Part shown: positions 19,201-29,323 of the stretch, one piece after another
How positions within the stretch are numbered: position 1 is the stretch's first letter
Layout: every line of letters begins with the position of its first letter
Assembly (NCBI GenBank): GCA_048054495.1
Contig: JBGMQN010000069.1
Coordinates: forward strand, 83,444-141,642
DNA from: Anaerolineales bacterium
GTDB lineage: Bacteria; Chloroflexota; Anaerolineae; Anaerolineales; E44-bin32
Reading direction: 5' to 3'
DNA: 58,199 nucleotides
Program-made: the position numbers and the translations under genes
Notes under the pieces: generated by a model
What the model saw: only the letters and a program-made list of their open reading frames with translations
What the model was told of the DNA's origin: nothing
The model's database searches: none

Positions 19201-19242
19201 CTCAGGCGAGTACACTCAGGTGAGCACACTCTGGCGAGTGCG
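19201..19242. repeat. three tandem imperfect 14-nt repeats
   Basis: CTCAGGCGAGTACA / CTCAGGTGAGCACA / CTCTGGCGAGTGCG, about 160 nt upstream of the xfp start. Confidence 0.7.
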
Positions 19243-19402
19243 AGCGGGCAAGCAGGAAGCTCGAAGCCGTTAGCGGGCGCCCGGCGCGATGTTGGCTCCG
19301 GGGCATCCCCAGAGTTGCGATGAAACCAGGCATCCGGCCCGGGTGCTTTGCCGAAAGGCCGACGCGATCTCAAAGTTCGCAATGAGGAGGACCAGAGTGG
19401 AC

Positions 19403-21835
19403 ATGCCAAAGACGCCGTCAGCGGTGGGAGGAGTCGACCAAGGCTCAGTTGGGGAAAGCGTAGCAGGGGAGATGCGAATCGTGGATGCGTCGCCGCTGGC
19501 TCATGCCGAGCTGGAGCGGTTGGACGCTCACTGGCGGGCGGCCAATTACCTATCGGTGGGCCAGATCTACCTCCTCGACAACCCTTTGCTCAAGGAGGAA
19601 CTTCGCGCCGAGAACGTCAAGCCCCGGCTCCTGGGTCACTGGGGCACGACCCCAGGACTCAACTTTGTCTACACTCATCTCAACAGGCTCATCGTCTCCC
19701 AGGACCTCGACCTGATGTATGTTATCGGACCCGGACATGGTGGTCCCGGCATTTTGGCCAACACGTGGCTAGAAGGTTCCTACAGCGAGCTCTACCCGGG
19801 GATCGGTCGAGACGCCGGCGGTATGGCCCGTCTCTTCAAGCAGTTTTCCTTCCCGGGCGGGGTGCCGAGCCACGTGGCGCCCGAGGTCCCGGGCTCGATC
19901 CACGAAGGCGGAGAGCTGGGGTATTCCCTGGCACACGCCTACGGAGCGGCCTTCGACAACCCAGATCTCGTCGTGGCCTGCGTGATCGGGGATGGCGAAG
20001 CCGAGACCGGCCCTTTGGCGGCGGCGTGGCATTCGAACAAGTTCCTCGATCCGGTCGGCGACGGAGCCGTACTGCCGATCCTGCATCTCAACGGCTACAA
20101 GATCGCCAACCCAACCGTTCTGGCGCGTATCGACGAAGGGGAGCTGGCCCGCCTGCTCGAGGGCTACGGACACCTCCCCTACCTTGTCGAGGGCAACGAT
20201 CCGGAAGAGGTCCATCAGAAGATGGCAGCCACGCTCGACGAGGTCTTCGTCGAAATCCGCCGTATCCAACACCAGGCGAGGGTCGACGGGGTCGAGACGC
20301 GACCCCGGTGGCCCATGATTGTGCTTCGGACCCCGAAGGGCTGGACCGGACCGGATGAGGTCGACGGGGTCGCCGTTGAAGACACTTGGCGCTCGCATCA
20401 GGTCCCCCTCAGCAACGTCCGGAAGAACCAGGAGCACCTCCACAGGCTTGAGGACTGGATGCGCAGCTACCGGCCCGACGAGCTGTTCGACGAGAATGGA
20501 CATCCGCGAGACGTGGTCACTGGCTGGCTGCCGCAGGGGGCACGCCGCATGGGGGCCAATCCCCACGCCAACGGCGGTCTCTTAGTGCGTGATCTCGAGA
20601 TGCCCGACTTCCGGGACTACGCGGTCGATGTGGAACAGCCAGGGCGCAGCACGGCCGAGCCGACCCGGGTCCTGGGTCAGTTCCTGCGGGATATCATGCG
20701 GATCAATCCGAACAACTTCCGCCTCTTCGGACCCGACGAGACCGCCTCGAATCGTCTCGACGCCGTTTACGAAGTCACCGACAAGGTGTGGAACGCCGCG
20801 ATCCTGCCCGGGGACGAGCACCTGGCCCGGCAGGGCCGCGTCATGGAGATCCTCAGCGAGCACACCTGCCAGGGGTGGCTCGAGGGCTACCTGCTCACGG
20901 GCCGCCACGGCCTTTTCTCGTGCTACGAGGCCTTCATCCACATCATCGACTCGATGTTCAACCAGCACGCCAAATGGCTGACAGTAACCAGGGACCTGGA
21001 ATGGCGGCGCCGCGTCCCTTCGCTCAACTATCTCCTGACCTCCCACGTATGGCGGCAAGACCACAACGGGTTCTCTCACCAGGATCCCGGGTTCATCGAT
21101 CACGTCATCAACAAGAAGGCCGACGTCATCCGCGTCTACTTGCCGCCGGATGCCAACAGCCTTCTGTCGGTGGCCGACCACGTACTGCGCAGTCGAGACT
21201 ACGTCAATGTGATCGTGGCGGGTAAGCAGCCCCAGCCCAACTGGATGGGGATGGACGACGCCGTGCTCCATGCCACTCGTGGGCTGGGAATCTGGGACTG
21301 GGCGAGCAACGGTGAAGGAGACCCGGATGTCGTGATGGCCTGCGCCGGCGACACGCCGACCCTGGAGACGATCGCGGCTGTGGACCTGCTGCGTCGTCAT
21401 CTCCCGGATCTCAAGGTACGGGTGATAAACATCATCGACCTCATGCGGCTTCAAGCCGAGACCGAGCACCCTCACGGGTTACCCGACCGCGAGTTCGATG
21501 CGTTGTTCACTGTCGATCGGCCGATCATCTTCGCCTATCATGGATACCCGTGGCTCATCCACCGCCTCACCTATAGTCGCAGCAACCACCGAAACATGCA
21601 TGTCCGCGGCTACAAGGAGGAAGGCACCACGACCACCCCCTTCGATATGGTGGTGCTCAACGACATGGACCGCTTCCACCTCGTGATGGATGTCATCGAT
21701 CGAGTCCCCGGCCTCGGTCAGCGGGCGGCTACGGTTCGCCAGTTGATGGTCGATAAGAGGACCGAGCACCGTGCGTACATCCAGGAGCACGGCGAAGACC
21801 TCCCCGAGATTCGGGACTGGACCTGGGCGGACTAA
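19403..21835 (+). CDS. xfp: xylulose-5-phosphate/fructose-6-phosphate phosphoketolase
   Basis: [15 protein letters not shown] and GDGEAETGP signatures. ORF opens at 19289, but AGGAGG at 19385-19390 favours ATG 19403 (or GTG 19397). Confidence 0.9.
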   Translation: MPKTPSAVGGVDQGSVGESVAGEMRIVDASPLAHAELERLDAHWRAANYLSVGQIYLLDNPLLKEELRAENVKPRLLGHWGTTPGLNFVYTHLNRLIVSQDLDLMYVIGPGHGGPGILANTWLEGSYSELYPGIGRDAGGMARLFKQFSFPGGVPSHVAPEVPGSIHEGGELGYSLAHAYGAAFDNPDLVVACVIGDGEAETGPLAAAWHSNKFLDPVGDGAVLPILHLNGYKIANPTVLARIDEGELARLLEGYGHLPYLVEGNDPEEVHQKMAATLDEVFVEIRRIQHQARVDGVETRPRWPMIVLRTPKGWTGPDEVDGVAVEDTWRSHQVPLSNVRKNQEHLHRLEDWMRSYRPDELFDENGHPRDVVTGWLPQGARRMGANPHANGGLLVRDLEMPDFRDYAVDVEQPGRSTAEPTRVLGQFLRDIMRINPNNFRLFGPDETASNRLDAVYEVTDKVWNAAILPGDEHLARQGRVMEILSEHTCQGWLEGYLLTGRHGLFSCYEAFIHIIDSMFNQHAKWLTVTRDLEWRRRVPSLNYLLTSHVWRQDHNGFSHQDPGFIDHVINKKADVIRVYLPPDANSLLSVADHVLRSRDYVNVIVAGKQPQPNWMGMDDAVLHATRGLGIWDWASNGEGDPDVVMACAGDTPTLETIAAVDLLRRHLPDLKVRVINIIDLMRLQAETEHPHGLPDREFDALFTVDRPIIFAYHGYPWLIHRLTYSRSNHRNMHVRGYKEEGTTTTPFDMVVLNDMDRFHLVMDVIDRVPGLGQRAATVRQLMVDKRTEHRAYIQEHGEDLPEIRDWTWAD

Positions 21836-22935
21836 TTAGAGTCCTTGTCGTCAACGCCGGCTCGTCGAGCCTCAAACTCCGCCTCCTCGGGCCGGAGGAC
21901 GAATTGTTGGCCGACCGAAAAATCGACCAATGGAAAGAAGGCGACGCAGGATCCGTCGCCGAGCTTCTCAAGGGCTTGGACGGTGTCGATGCCGTCGGGC
22001 ACCGAATTGTTCATGGCGGTGCGTCCTTTCGAGACGCGATCCGCATCGACGACCAGGTCCTCGATCAGATCGCCGAGCTCACTCCGCTAGCGCCGCTCCA
22101 CCAACCCCGGGCTCTGGCCGGAATCAAGGCTGTGCGGGCCGTCCTGCCGGACATACCATCAATCGCCTGCTTCGACACCGCCTTCCATGCCCAGATGCCC
22201 GCCCGGTCGGCCGAATATGCCCTTCCTGAGGACTGGCGTAAGCGGTGGAAGCTGCGCCGCTATGGATTCCACGGTCTCTCCCATGCCCATGCGGCCCGGC
22301 GCGCAACCTCCATGCTGGCCCGCCCTGAAGCAAGATTGCGGATCGTGACCTGCCACCTCGGAGCCGGCGCATCACTCGCCGCGGTAGAGAACGGACACTC
22401 CATCGACACCACTATGGGTTTCACGCCGCTGGAAGGGCTGGTGATGGCCACTCGCTCGGGAACCGTCGATCCCGGGCTCGTGCTCTGGCTCATCACAGAA
22501 GCCAACCTCGACCCGCATGAGGTCCGACGCGGGCTCGAAGAACGCTCCGGTCTAGTCGGCCTCGCAGGTGGCTCGGGGGACATGCGGGAGGTGCTCGCCG
22601 CCCGGGAGCAAGGAGATGCGCTGGCCATCTTCGCCTTCGATACCTACATCCACCGCCTCGTGCGAGAGATTGGCGCCATGTCGGCGATCCTCAATGGTCT
22701 CGACGTGCTGGTCTTCACCGGTGGCGTAGGAGAGCACGCGTCTCCAGTACGGGCCGAGGCCGCCGGCCGGCTGACCCACCTGGGTGTGGCCATCGACGAA
22801 CAACGGAACGCGAGCGCTTCGACCGACACTGACATCAGCGCCGATCATGCCGCCGTATCGACGCTTGTCATCGAGTCCCGCGAAGACCTCGAGATCGCGA
22901 GCCAGACGCGCCGAGTTCTCTCCACCACGGTGTAG
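21835..22935 (+). CDS. ackA: acetate kinase
   Basis: The ORF-track start (TTG 21904) cuts off the in-frame conserved N-terminus RVLVVNAGSSSLK (21838-21876). The only in-frame upstream candidates are ATT 21835 and CTG 21823 or 21817. The 5' end is therefore uncertain. Confidence 0.8.
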   Translation: MRVLVVNAGSSSLKLRLLGPEDELLADRKIDQWKEGDAGSVAELLKGLDGVDAVGHRIVHGGASFRDAIRIDDQVLDQIAELTPLAPLHQPRALAGIKAVRAVLPDIPSIACFDTAFHAQMPARSAEYALPEDWRKRWKLRRYGFHGLSHAHAARRATSMLARPEARLRIVTCHLGAGASLAAVENGHSIDTTMGFTPLEGLVMATRSGTVDPGLVLWLITEANLDPHEVRRGLEERSGLVGLAGGSGDMREVLAAREQGDALAIFAFDTYIHRLVREIGAMSAILNGLDVLVFTGGVGEHASPVRAEAAGRLTHLGVAIDEQRNASASTDTDISADHAAVSTLVIESREDLEIASQTRRVLSTTV

Positions 22936-23302
22936 AGTGCGGTAAGAGTTAACACGTAAATTCTCTAGCCAACGGAAAAGAAAAGAGACACATATAGCCA
23001 AGCCAGCCCATGCCGTTTTTTCGCATCGGGGCCAAATGGACAATACTATGGCGGCCAGTGCCTATCCAATTAGCCAAGCGAACTGGGCCCGCGCGCTGTG
23101 CAATTGTAGGCAGGAAAGCTTTGCGGCCGCAGGCAAGCAGGCAGAACGCACTTTCTTCGCAGCACAAGCAGCCGCTAGATGTAAGCTGTTGTCCAACCTT
23201 TCTGCGTCAGCTGGGACCTTAACCTCTGGGCCTGCAGGTACCCTGGAGTGAACCCACAGACTGCTGGCACGTGGAGACCCTTAACGCTGGCGGCCTCTTT
23301 TC

Positions 23303-23331
23303 TTGATTGGCTCCATTACAAGTGCTAGAAT
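23303..23331 (+). promoter_or_regulatory. strong sigma70-like promoter in front of hydroxylase module A
   Basis: TTGATT-17 nt-TAGAAT, with TGC immediately 5' of the -10 (extended -10). Roughly 100-nt 5'UTR with a hairpin at 23350-23377. Confidence 0.55.
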
Positions 23332-23434
23332 GACTTAGCCCGATCGGTGGTCGTTCGCAGGGCGGACCTGCGACGGCGTTGAGCATCCTCGCTCATCGAT
23401 AAGTGCCGGCCGGTCCCAAGTACTTCTCAAACAG

Positions 23435-24328
23435 ATGAGCCTTTGGCAGCAGTATCTGCGACCGCAGAGTCTGGCCGATGCATTGGACACATTGGCGGCG
23501 CTCAGTGATTCCGGCGAAGCCGTAGCGGTAGTTGCGGGCGGCACAGACATTCTGCTGGATTTGGATCAGGGCCGACACGCGGCGGTCGAGACTCTGGTCG
23601 ACGTGACGGCCGTAGAGGAGATGCTGGAGATCCGGCAGGTGGACGAGACCATCCATATCGGCGCGGCCGTTCCGCTGCGAGAGGTGATTGACGATGCACT
23701 GGTGCGTGCCAATGCGACCGCCCTTGTAGAGGCGTGCGAACTCATCGGAGGGCCGCAGGTGCGCAATGTCGCGACCTTGGGCGGCAACGTGGCGCACGCA
23801 CTTCCAGCCGCCGATGGAACGATAGCGCTGCTCGCGCTGGGCGCAGAGGCGCAGGTCGCCTCCGCGCAAGGTGCGACCTGGGTCCCAATGGAGGAGCTGT
23901 TTGTCTCTCCCGGTGAGCCCAACTTCGATCGCGCTCACGAGCTGGTAGTGAGATTTCGTTTTCCCGCGTTGCGCGAGGGTGAGGCCTCCGCGTTTCGCCG
24001 TGTCATGCGCCCGCAGGGGGTGGCCATCGCGATCCTGAATATGGCCGTTCGACTGTATCTAGACGAGGGCGGGATCATCCAGGAAGCTCGCCTGGCAATC
24101 GGGCCGGCCGGACCGCGACCGCTGCGTGCTCGGGCGGCGGAGCAGGCCATCGAAGGGAACATGCTCGATGAGGCTGCTTTCTCGGCCGCGCTGAACGCAC
24201 TCAGCGGAGAAGTGAGCCTGCGAACCAGCCCGCACCGTGCCACTGCAGAATACCGGAGCCACCTGCTTGCAAGCCTGCTGCGGCAGACTCTGGAGGCGGC
24301 TTTGTCTCGCGTGGAGCACGCAGTATGA
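23435..24328 (+). CDS. molybdenum hydroxylase module A, FAD-binding subunit (CoxM/XdhB-like)
   Basis: VVAGGTDILLDL and RNVATLGGNVAHA motifs. Confidence 0.85.
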   Translation: MSLWQQYLRPQSLADALDTLAALSDSGEAVAVVAGGTDILLDLDQGRHAAVETLVDVTAVEEMLEIRQVDETIHIGAAVPLREVIDDALVRANATALVEACELIGGPQVRNVATLGGNVAHALPAADGTIALLALGAEAQVASAQGATWVPMEELFVSPGEPNFDRAHELVVRFRFPALREGEASAFRRVMRPQGVAIAILNMAVRLYLDEGGIIQEARLAIGPAGPRPLRARAAEQAIEGNMLDEAAFSAALNALSGEVSLRTSPHRATAEYRSHLLASLLRQTLEAALSRVEHAV

Positions 24329-27129
24329 GCGATCGTAGCCCCGACCCTGAGCCTCAGATGATGGATTTCGAGGTCAATGGCGAGCTGAGGCGCGTGCGTG
24401 CCGGGCCAGGGGAAATGCTTTCCGATGTGCTGCGCTACCAGCTCGAGCTCACGGGCACCAAGATAGGTTGTGGAGAGGCCGAATGCGGCACCTGCACTGT
24501 ATTGGTCGATGGCCATCCGGTGCTGTCGTGTGTCTACCCCGCCATGAAAGCCGCCGGTCGGTCGGTCCGAACCATCGAGGGATTGGCCAAGAACGGCCAC
24601 CTCCATCCACTGCAAGAAGCGTTTGTGAAGTACGGCGCCGTGCAGTGTGGCTTCTGCATCCCGGGCCAGATAATGACCGCCGCGGCACTTCTGGAAACTA
24701 TTCCCGATCCGTCGGAGGCCGAGATCCGCAAGGCGCTCAAGGACACTCTCTGTCGCTGCGCCGGCTATCCCACCATCATTCGGTCCATTCGGGCCGCCGC
24801 GCTCAGCGTGCGAACGGGCGAAGCCATTGCTGAGCCGGATTTGCCAACTGCAGGCGATACGCGTGTCGTGGGGCAGCTCGTTGCACGGCCGGATGCGGTG
24901 GAGAAGGTCGACGGAAGTGCTAAGTTCGCCGACGACTATTCCTTTCCCGGAATGCTCTTTGGGGCCACCCTCAGAGCCGGAAGACCCCATGCGGTGCTGC
25001 GTAGACTCGACATAAGTGCCGCCAGCGAGGCGGAGGGGGTAGTGGCTGTCCTGACTGCAGAGGACATCGAGGGCGAGATCCATCATGGGCTGGTCGTGAA
25101 GGATTGGCCGGCGCTGGTGGGCGTGGATGAGAAGGTTCGCTATGTCGGCGATGCGATCGCATTGGTTGCGGCCGACACGCTTGAGGCGGCTCAGCTTGCG
25201 CTGGATCTCATCGAAGCCGATTACGAGGAACTGCCTGTGGTTTCGGATCCCGTGCAGGCCCGTTCGGCGGATGCGCCGGAAGTACATGAAAGCGGCAACC
25301 TGCTCAAGCACATCAAGGTCCGGAAAGGCGATCTCAAGGCGGGCTTCGAAGAGGCTGACATCATCATAGAAGACACCTACCACACAGCCATCACAGAGCA
25401 CGCCTTCCTCGAACCTGAATGTGCCATTGCGCGACTTACGGATGAGGGACGCCTCGAGGTCTATGTCGGTTCCCAGATCCCGTATGCCGACCGCAGTCAG
25501 ATCGCGCGCTGTCTGGGTATGGCCGATAATGAAGTTAGAGTTATCGGCACGCTCATTGGAGGCGGCTTTGGCGGCAAAGAAGACATCGCGGGCCAGATCC
25601 ACGCCGCGATGCTCGCCAAGGCCACCGGGCGACCCGTCAAAATCCTCTACGACCGGCACGAAAGTCTGCTGGTCCATCCGAAGCGCCACGCCACTCAAAT
25701 TCGTGTGAAGCTGGGTGCGAAGGCAGATGGGACGCTCGTGGCCGCGGAGACCGAGCTCTATGGCGACACCGGCGCTTACGCCTCGCTCGGCGAAAAGGTC
25801 ATGACGCGTGCCACCACTCACTCCGCCGGACCGTACGTCGTCCCGCATGTCAAAGCCGACTGCTACGCGATGTACACCAACAACCCACCCGCGGGAGCGT
25901 TCCGGGGGTTCGGAGTGACACAATCTGCGTTCGCGATCGAGTCCATCATGGATGATCTGGCGAGACAGCTGGGTATGGACCCGATCGAACTGCGATTGAA
26001 AAACGCGCTGGAAGTTGGAACATTGACCAACACCGGGCAGGAGCTGCGGGAGAGCGTCGGACTGGTCGAGTGCATCGAGCGGGTGTCGGCCAGGATGCAC
26101 GAGTTCTCAACAGAACCCTTCGTCTCTAAGACGCCCGAAGGTCAGCCCGGCATACGTCGCGCTTGGGGCCTGGCTGCCGCCTACAAGAACACCGGCCTGG
26201 GGGGTGGAGCTCCAGACAAAGCCTCCGCCGAAGTTGAAATCTATGAGGATGGCACGGCAGAGGTCAGGACCTCTTCGGCTGAGATTGGACAAGGGCTGGT
26301 GGCGGTGCTGCAGATGATCGCAGCGGAGGAGCTCACGCTTCCGCCTGACCGCGTGCGGGTGCTGCTGTCGGACACCGATCTCACGCCAGACGGCGGACCG
26401 ACTACCGCCTCGCGCCAGACCTACGTGACCGGAAATGCAGTTCGCTACGCCACCGATGTCGTCAAACAGGCCATGGCCTCGACCCTGGCGGAGCACTTTG
26501 ATGTCCCTCCGGCGCAAATCAAATTCCACGAAGGTTTGGCACAAGTTAACGGACGCCAGGTTGAGCTCGGCGATGCCGTAGGAATCATGAAGGAAGAAGG
26601 CCGTCAAGCTCGAGCGACCTACGAATATTGGGCACCTACCACGCAGGCGCTGGGTACTGGCGGAGACATGCACTTTGTCTTTTCGTTTGCCGCTCAAGCG
26701 GCGGAGGTTGAAGTGAATCTGGACACCGGTGAGGTGCACGTATTACGCGTGATCGCAGCCAACGACGTAGGCAAGGTGATCAATCCGCTTGGACTCCTGG
26801 GTCAGGTCGAAGGCGGCGTGATGATGGGATTAGGCAATGCCATCACCGAGCATTTCATTGTGGAGCAGGGAAGAGTGATCACCGATCGATTGGCACGATA
26901 TCGTATGCCGGGGATCCTGCATACGCCCGAGATCGTCTCCATCCCGGTCGAGCACCCGGCGGCCGACGGGCCGTACGGAGCGAAGGGGGTGGGCGAGATT
27001 ACGAGCATACCCACAACGCCGGCGATCACCAACGCCATCTACCACGCATGCGGCGTGCGGATCAAACACCTGCCTGTCGATCAAGACTGGCTCGCGCTTG
27101 AACTGGCCGGGCTAAACGGCGGAAGTTAA
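24325..27129 (+). CDS. molybdenum hydroxylase module A, fused [2Fe-2S] + molybdopterin-binding subunit
   Basis: CGEAECGTCTV, CGFCIPG and CRCAGY, followed by GGGFGGKED, AFRGFGVTQ and KGVGE. ATGA overlap with the FAD subunit gene. Confidence 0.9.
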   Translation: MSDRSPDPEPQMMDFEVNGELRRVRAGPGEMLSDVLRYQLELTGTKIGCGEAECGTCTVLVDGHPVLSCVYPAMKAAGRSVRTIEGLAKNGHLHPLQEAFVKYGAVQCGFCIPGQIMTAAALLETIPDPSEAEIRKALKDTLCRCAGYPTIIRSIRAAALSVRTGEAIAEPDLPTAGDTRVVGQLVARPDAVEKVDGSAKFADDYSFPGMLFGATLRAGRPHAVLRRLDISAASEAEGVVAVLTAEDIEGEIHHGLVVKDWPALVGVDEKVRYVGDAIALVAADTLEAAQLALDLIEADYEELPVVSDPVQARSADAPEVHESGNLLKHIKVRKGDLKAGFEEADIIIEDTYHTAITEHAFLEPECAIARLTDEGRLEVYVGSQIPYADRSQIARCLGMADNEVRVIGTLIGGGFGGKEDIAGQIHAAMLAKATGRPVKILYDRHESLLVHPKRHATQIRVKLGAKADGTLVAAETELYGDTGAYASLGEKVMTRATTHSAGPYVVPHVKADCYAMYTNNPPAGAFRGFGVTQSAFAIESIMDDLARQLGMDPIELRLKNALEVGTLTNTGQELRESVGLVECIERVSARMHEFSTEPFVSKTPEGQPGIRRAWGLAAAYKNTGLGGGAPDKASAEVEIYEDGTAEVRTSSAEIGQGLVAVLQMIAAEELTLPPDRVRVLLSDTDLTPDGGPTTASRQTYVTGNAVRYATDVVKQAMASTLAEHFDVPPAQIKFHEGLAQVNGRQVELGDAVGIMKEEGRQARATYEYWAPTTQALGTGGDMHFVFSFAAQAAEVEVNLDTGEVHVLRVIAANDVGKVINPLGLLGQVEGGVMMGLGNAITEHFIVEQGRVITDRLARYRMPGILHTPEIVSIPVEHPAADGPYGAKGVGEITSIPTTPAITNAIYHACGVRIKHLPVDQDWLALELAGLNGGS

Positions 27130-27279
27130 CATAACTGCACATGAGCCAGATAAAGACTGGTGGACGCAGATAAGCAATCAGCCTGGACTGGCTCGGGCTC
27201 AACCTGGCCAGAGCAAGGTCGGAGTATAAACAAGTGAATACAATAGGATAAAGATCGATAGCCGGAGAGAACTTCTGAA

Positions 27280-28641
27280 ATGCTGATCCAGAACGCCAAG
27301 GTCATCACCTGGGGTGAACCCAACCAAATCCTCGAAGATTATGGCTTGTATATCGAGGGCGGTTTGATCCGTGAACTGGGCCCGACCCAGGAACTCGCCG
27401 CCAAGCATGCGGACGAGGAGAGCCTGGATGCCGCAGGCCAATATGTCATGCCGGGCAATATCTGTGCCCACACGCATTTCTACGGTGCATTCGCGCGCGG
27501 TATGGCGATTCCGGGGCGGGCACCGAAGGATTTCCCTGAGATCCTCGAAAGGCTCTGGTGGCCGCTGGACAAGGCCCTGACGGATGAGGATGTTCGCTAT
27601 TCGGCGCTGGTATCAATGGTGGATGCCATCAAGCACGGCACGACCATGCTCATCGACCATCACGCCTCTCCGAATGCCATCGATGGCTCGCTGGACACCA
27701 TCGGCGACGCCGTGGAGCAGGCAGGATTGCGAGCCGTGCTCTGCTATGAAGTCACCGATCGGGATGGGGAGCAAAAGGCTCAGGCCGGGATCGCAGAAAA
27801 CGTGCGCTTCATACGGCGCTGTGATGCGGAGCGGCCTGCCGATGGCAGGCTGGCGGCGAGCTTTGGACTGCATGCAAGCCTGACGCTATCGGACGAGACG
27901 CTGGACGCCTGTGCCGAGCGCGCACCGGCGGGGACCGGCTTCCACATCCACGTGGCAGAGCATGAGGCGGATGAATATGACAGCCAGAACAAGAGCGAGA
28001 TGCGCGTGGTCGACCGCCTGGCAAAGCATGGTATCCTGAGCGAAAGCACGATCGTAGCCCATGCTGTGCACGTAGATACGCGTGAGATTGAAATACTCGC
28101 GGACAGCGGTAGCTGGGTGAGCCATCAGCCGCGATCGAACATGAATAACGCCGTCGGAGTAGCGGAGGTGGAATCGATGATGCGCGCCGGCGTCAATGTT
28201 TGCCTGGGCAACGATGGCTTTTCGAATGCCATGTGGGAAGAGTGGAAGACCGCTTATCTTGTGCACAAGGTGTGGCGGCGAGACCCACGGCGCATGGGCG
28301 GTGGGGACATCATCCAAATGGCCGTGCGCAACAATTCTGCTCTAGCAAGAAAATTCTTTCTAAGCGCGCCGGTCGGAGTGATCGAGCCCGGTGCGCATGC
28401 CGATCTGATCTTTGTCGATTACCATCCCACAACGCCCCTGTCCGCTGATAATCTCCCCTGGCACATCCTGTTCGGCTTTCACGAATCCATGGTCACCACG
28501 ACCCTCGTGGCCGGCAATGTGCTGATGCGGGATCGGGAGCTTCTCACTCTGGACGAGGCGGAGATCACCGCCCACTCTCGGGCACTGGCGCTGGCCGTGT
28601 GGGATCGGTATCAGGGCAACGTACCCATGGAGCATCTATGA
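27280..28641 (+). CDS. ssnA: SsnA-family aminohydrolase
   Basis: Amidohydrolase HTH motif. LWWPLDKALTDED and IDHHASPNAIDGSL closely resemble E. coli SsnA as I recall it. Confidence 0.78.
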   Translation: MLIQNAKVITWGEPNQILEDYGLYIEGGLIRELGPTQELAAKHADEESLDAAGQYVMPGNICAHTHFYGAFARGMAIPGRAPKDFPEILERLWWPLDKALTDEDVRYSALVSMVDAIKHGTTMLIDHHASPNAIDGSLDTIGDAVEQAGLRAVLCYEVTDRDGEQKAQAGIAENVRFIRRCDAERPADGRLAASFGLHASLTLSDETLDACAERAPAGTGFHIHVAEHEADEYDSQNKSEMRVVDRLAKHGILSESTIVAHAVHVDTREIEILADSGSWVSHQPRSNMNNAVGVAEVESMMRAGVNVCLGNDGFSNAMWEEWKTAYLVHKVWRRDPRRMGGGDIIQMAVRNNSALARKFFLSAPVGVIEPGAHADLIFVDYHPTTPLSADNLPWHILFGFHESMVTTTLVAGNVLMRDRELLTLDEAEITAHSRALALAVWDRYQGNVPMEHL

Positions 28642-29312
28642 CCGATCGATTGATCCTGACCCTGGCAATACTTGGCGGAACCGGCAACGAGGGCACCGGA
28701 CTGGCCTACCGCTGGGCCAGGGCCGGCTACCACGTGATCATCGGATCTCGCTCAAGCAAAAAGGCGAAACGCGTCGCAAAAGAGTTGAATGCGCGTCTGG
28801 AACGGGATTTTGTGGAAGGCATGCGAAATGCCGATGCGGCCAGGGCATGCGATATCGCGGTCCTGACCGTCCCGTATCCCGCTCAACGCGACACGTTGGA
28901 AGCGCTGAAGGATGAGCTTTCGGGCAAGCTCTTGGTAGATGTAACTGTGCCGCTGGATGAGGACGAAGCGACGCTGGTGAAGATGCCGCCCGCTGGCAGT
29001 GCGGCGCAGGAAGCGCAAGAAATCCTTGGCGATGAGGTGTCGGTCACCGCTGCATTTCACGTCATTTCTCATACCCATCTTCGTCAAGATGGCCCGATCG
29101 CCAGCGATGTGCTGATCTGTGGGGATAGCGAGGCGGCGAAAGAGCAGACGATGCAGCTGGTTGCGGCGGCCGGGCTGGCCGGCTGGGACGCAGGGGGTCT
29201 GCAAAATGCGGTTGTGGCGGAAGGCCTGGTGCCCGTGCTAATCGGCATCAACAAGCGCTACAAGATCAAATCCGCCGGCATCCGTATTACCGGAGAGCAG
29301 GCGCCGACCTAG
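28638..29312 (+). CDS. fno: NADPH-dependent F420 reductase (F420:NADP oxidoreductase)
   Basis: LAILGGTGNEGTGLAYRWARAGYHVIIGSRS Rossmann N-terminus. Start taken at ATG 28638, which makes an ATGA overlap with the ssnA stop. Confidence 0.8.
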   Translation: MTDRLILTLAILGGTGNEGTGLAYRWARAGYHVIIGSRSSKKAKRVAKELNARLERDFVEGMRNADAARACDIAVLTVPYPAQRDTLEALKDELSGKLLVDVTVPLDEDEATLVKMPPAGSAAQEAQEILGDEVSVTAAFHVISHTHLRQDGPIASDVLICGDSEAAKEQTMQLVAAAGLAGWDAGGLQNAVVAEGLVPVLIGINKRYKIKSAGIRITGEQAPT

Positions 29313-29323
29313 CCACGCTTACA

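Noticed and set aside
19289-19402. N-terminal extensions given by the ORF track: xfp 19289, cofC 31978, FAD-B 34170, module B 35074, SBP 51369, fno 28599 and BMP 1103.
   Set aside because: The extensions are non-conserved-looking and Arg/Pro-rich, or they overlap the upstream gene. Internal starts have SD sequences or stop/start overlaps and give canonical family N-termini.
23036-23060. A shared peptide, TMAASAY, in small ORFs at 23036 (+) and 56399-56671 (-).
   Set aside because: The nucleotide sequences differ at most wobble and several non-wobble positions. This is a short Ala-rich coincidence, not a repeat.
23090-23200. An Ala-rich reading frame (..FFAAQAAAR..) that superficially looks like a tmRNA tag region.
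   Set aside because: No stop follows the Ala run in that frame, and there are no tRNA-like acceptor or T-arm ends nearby.
23935-26100. A 721-aa ORF on the minus strand. Other long antisense ORFs occur at 10495-11445, 20582-21475, 33779-34753, 36010-36891, 38938-40110 and 41111-41764.
   Set aside because: Each lies entirely opposite a gene with strong family motifs. Translations are Arg/Gly/His/Pro-rich with no recognisable domains. These are typical shadow ORFs of high-GC coding DNA.
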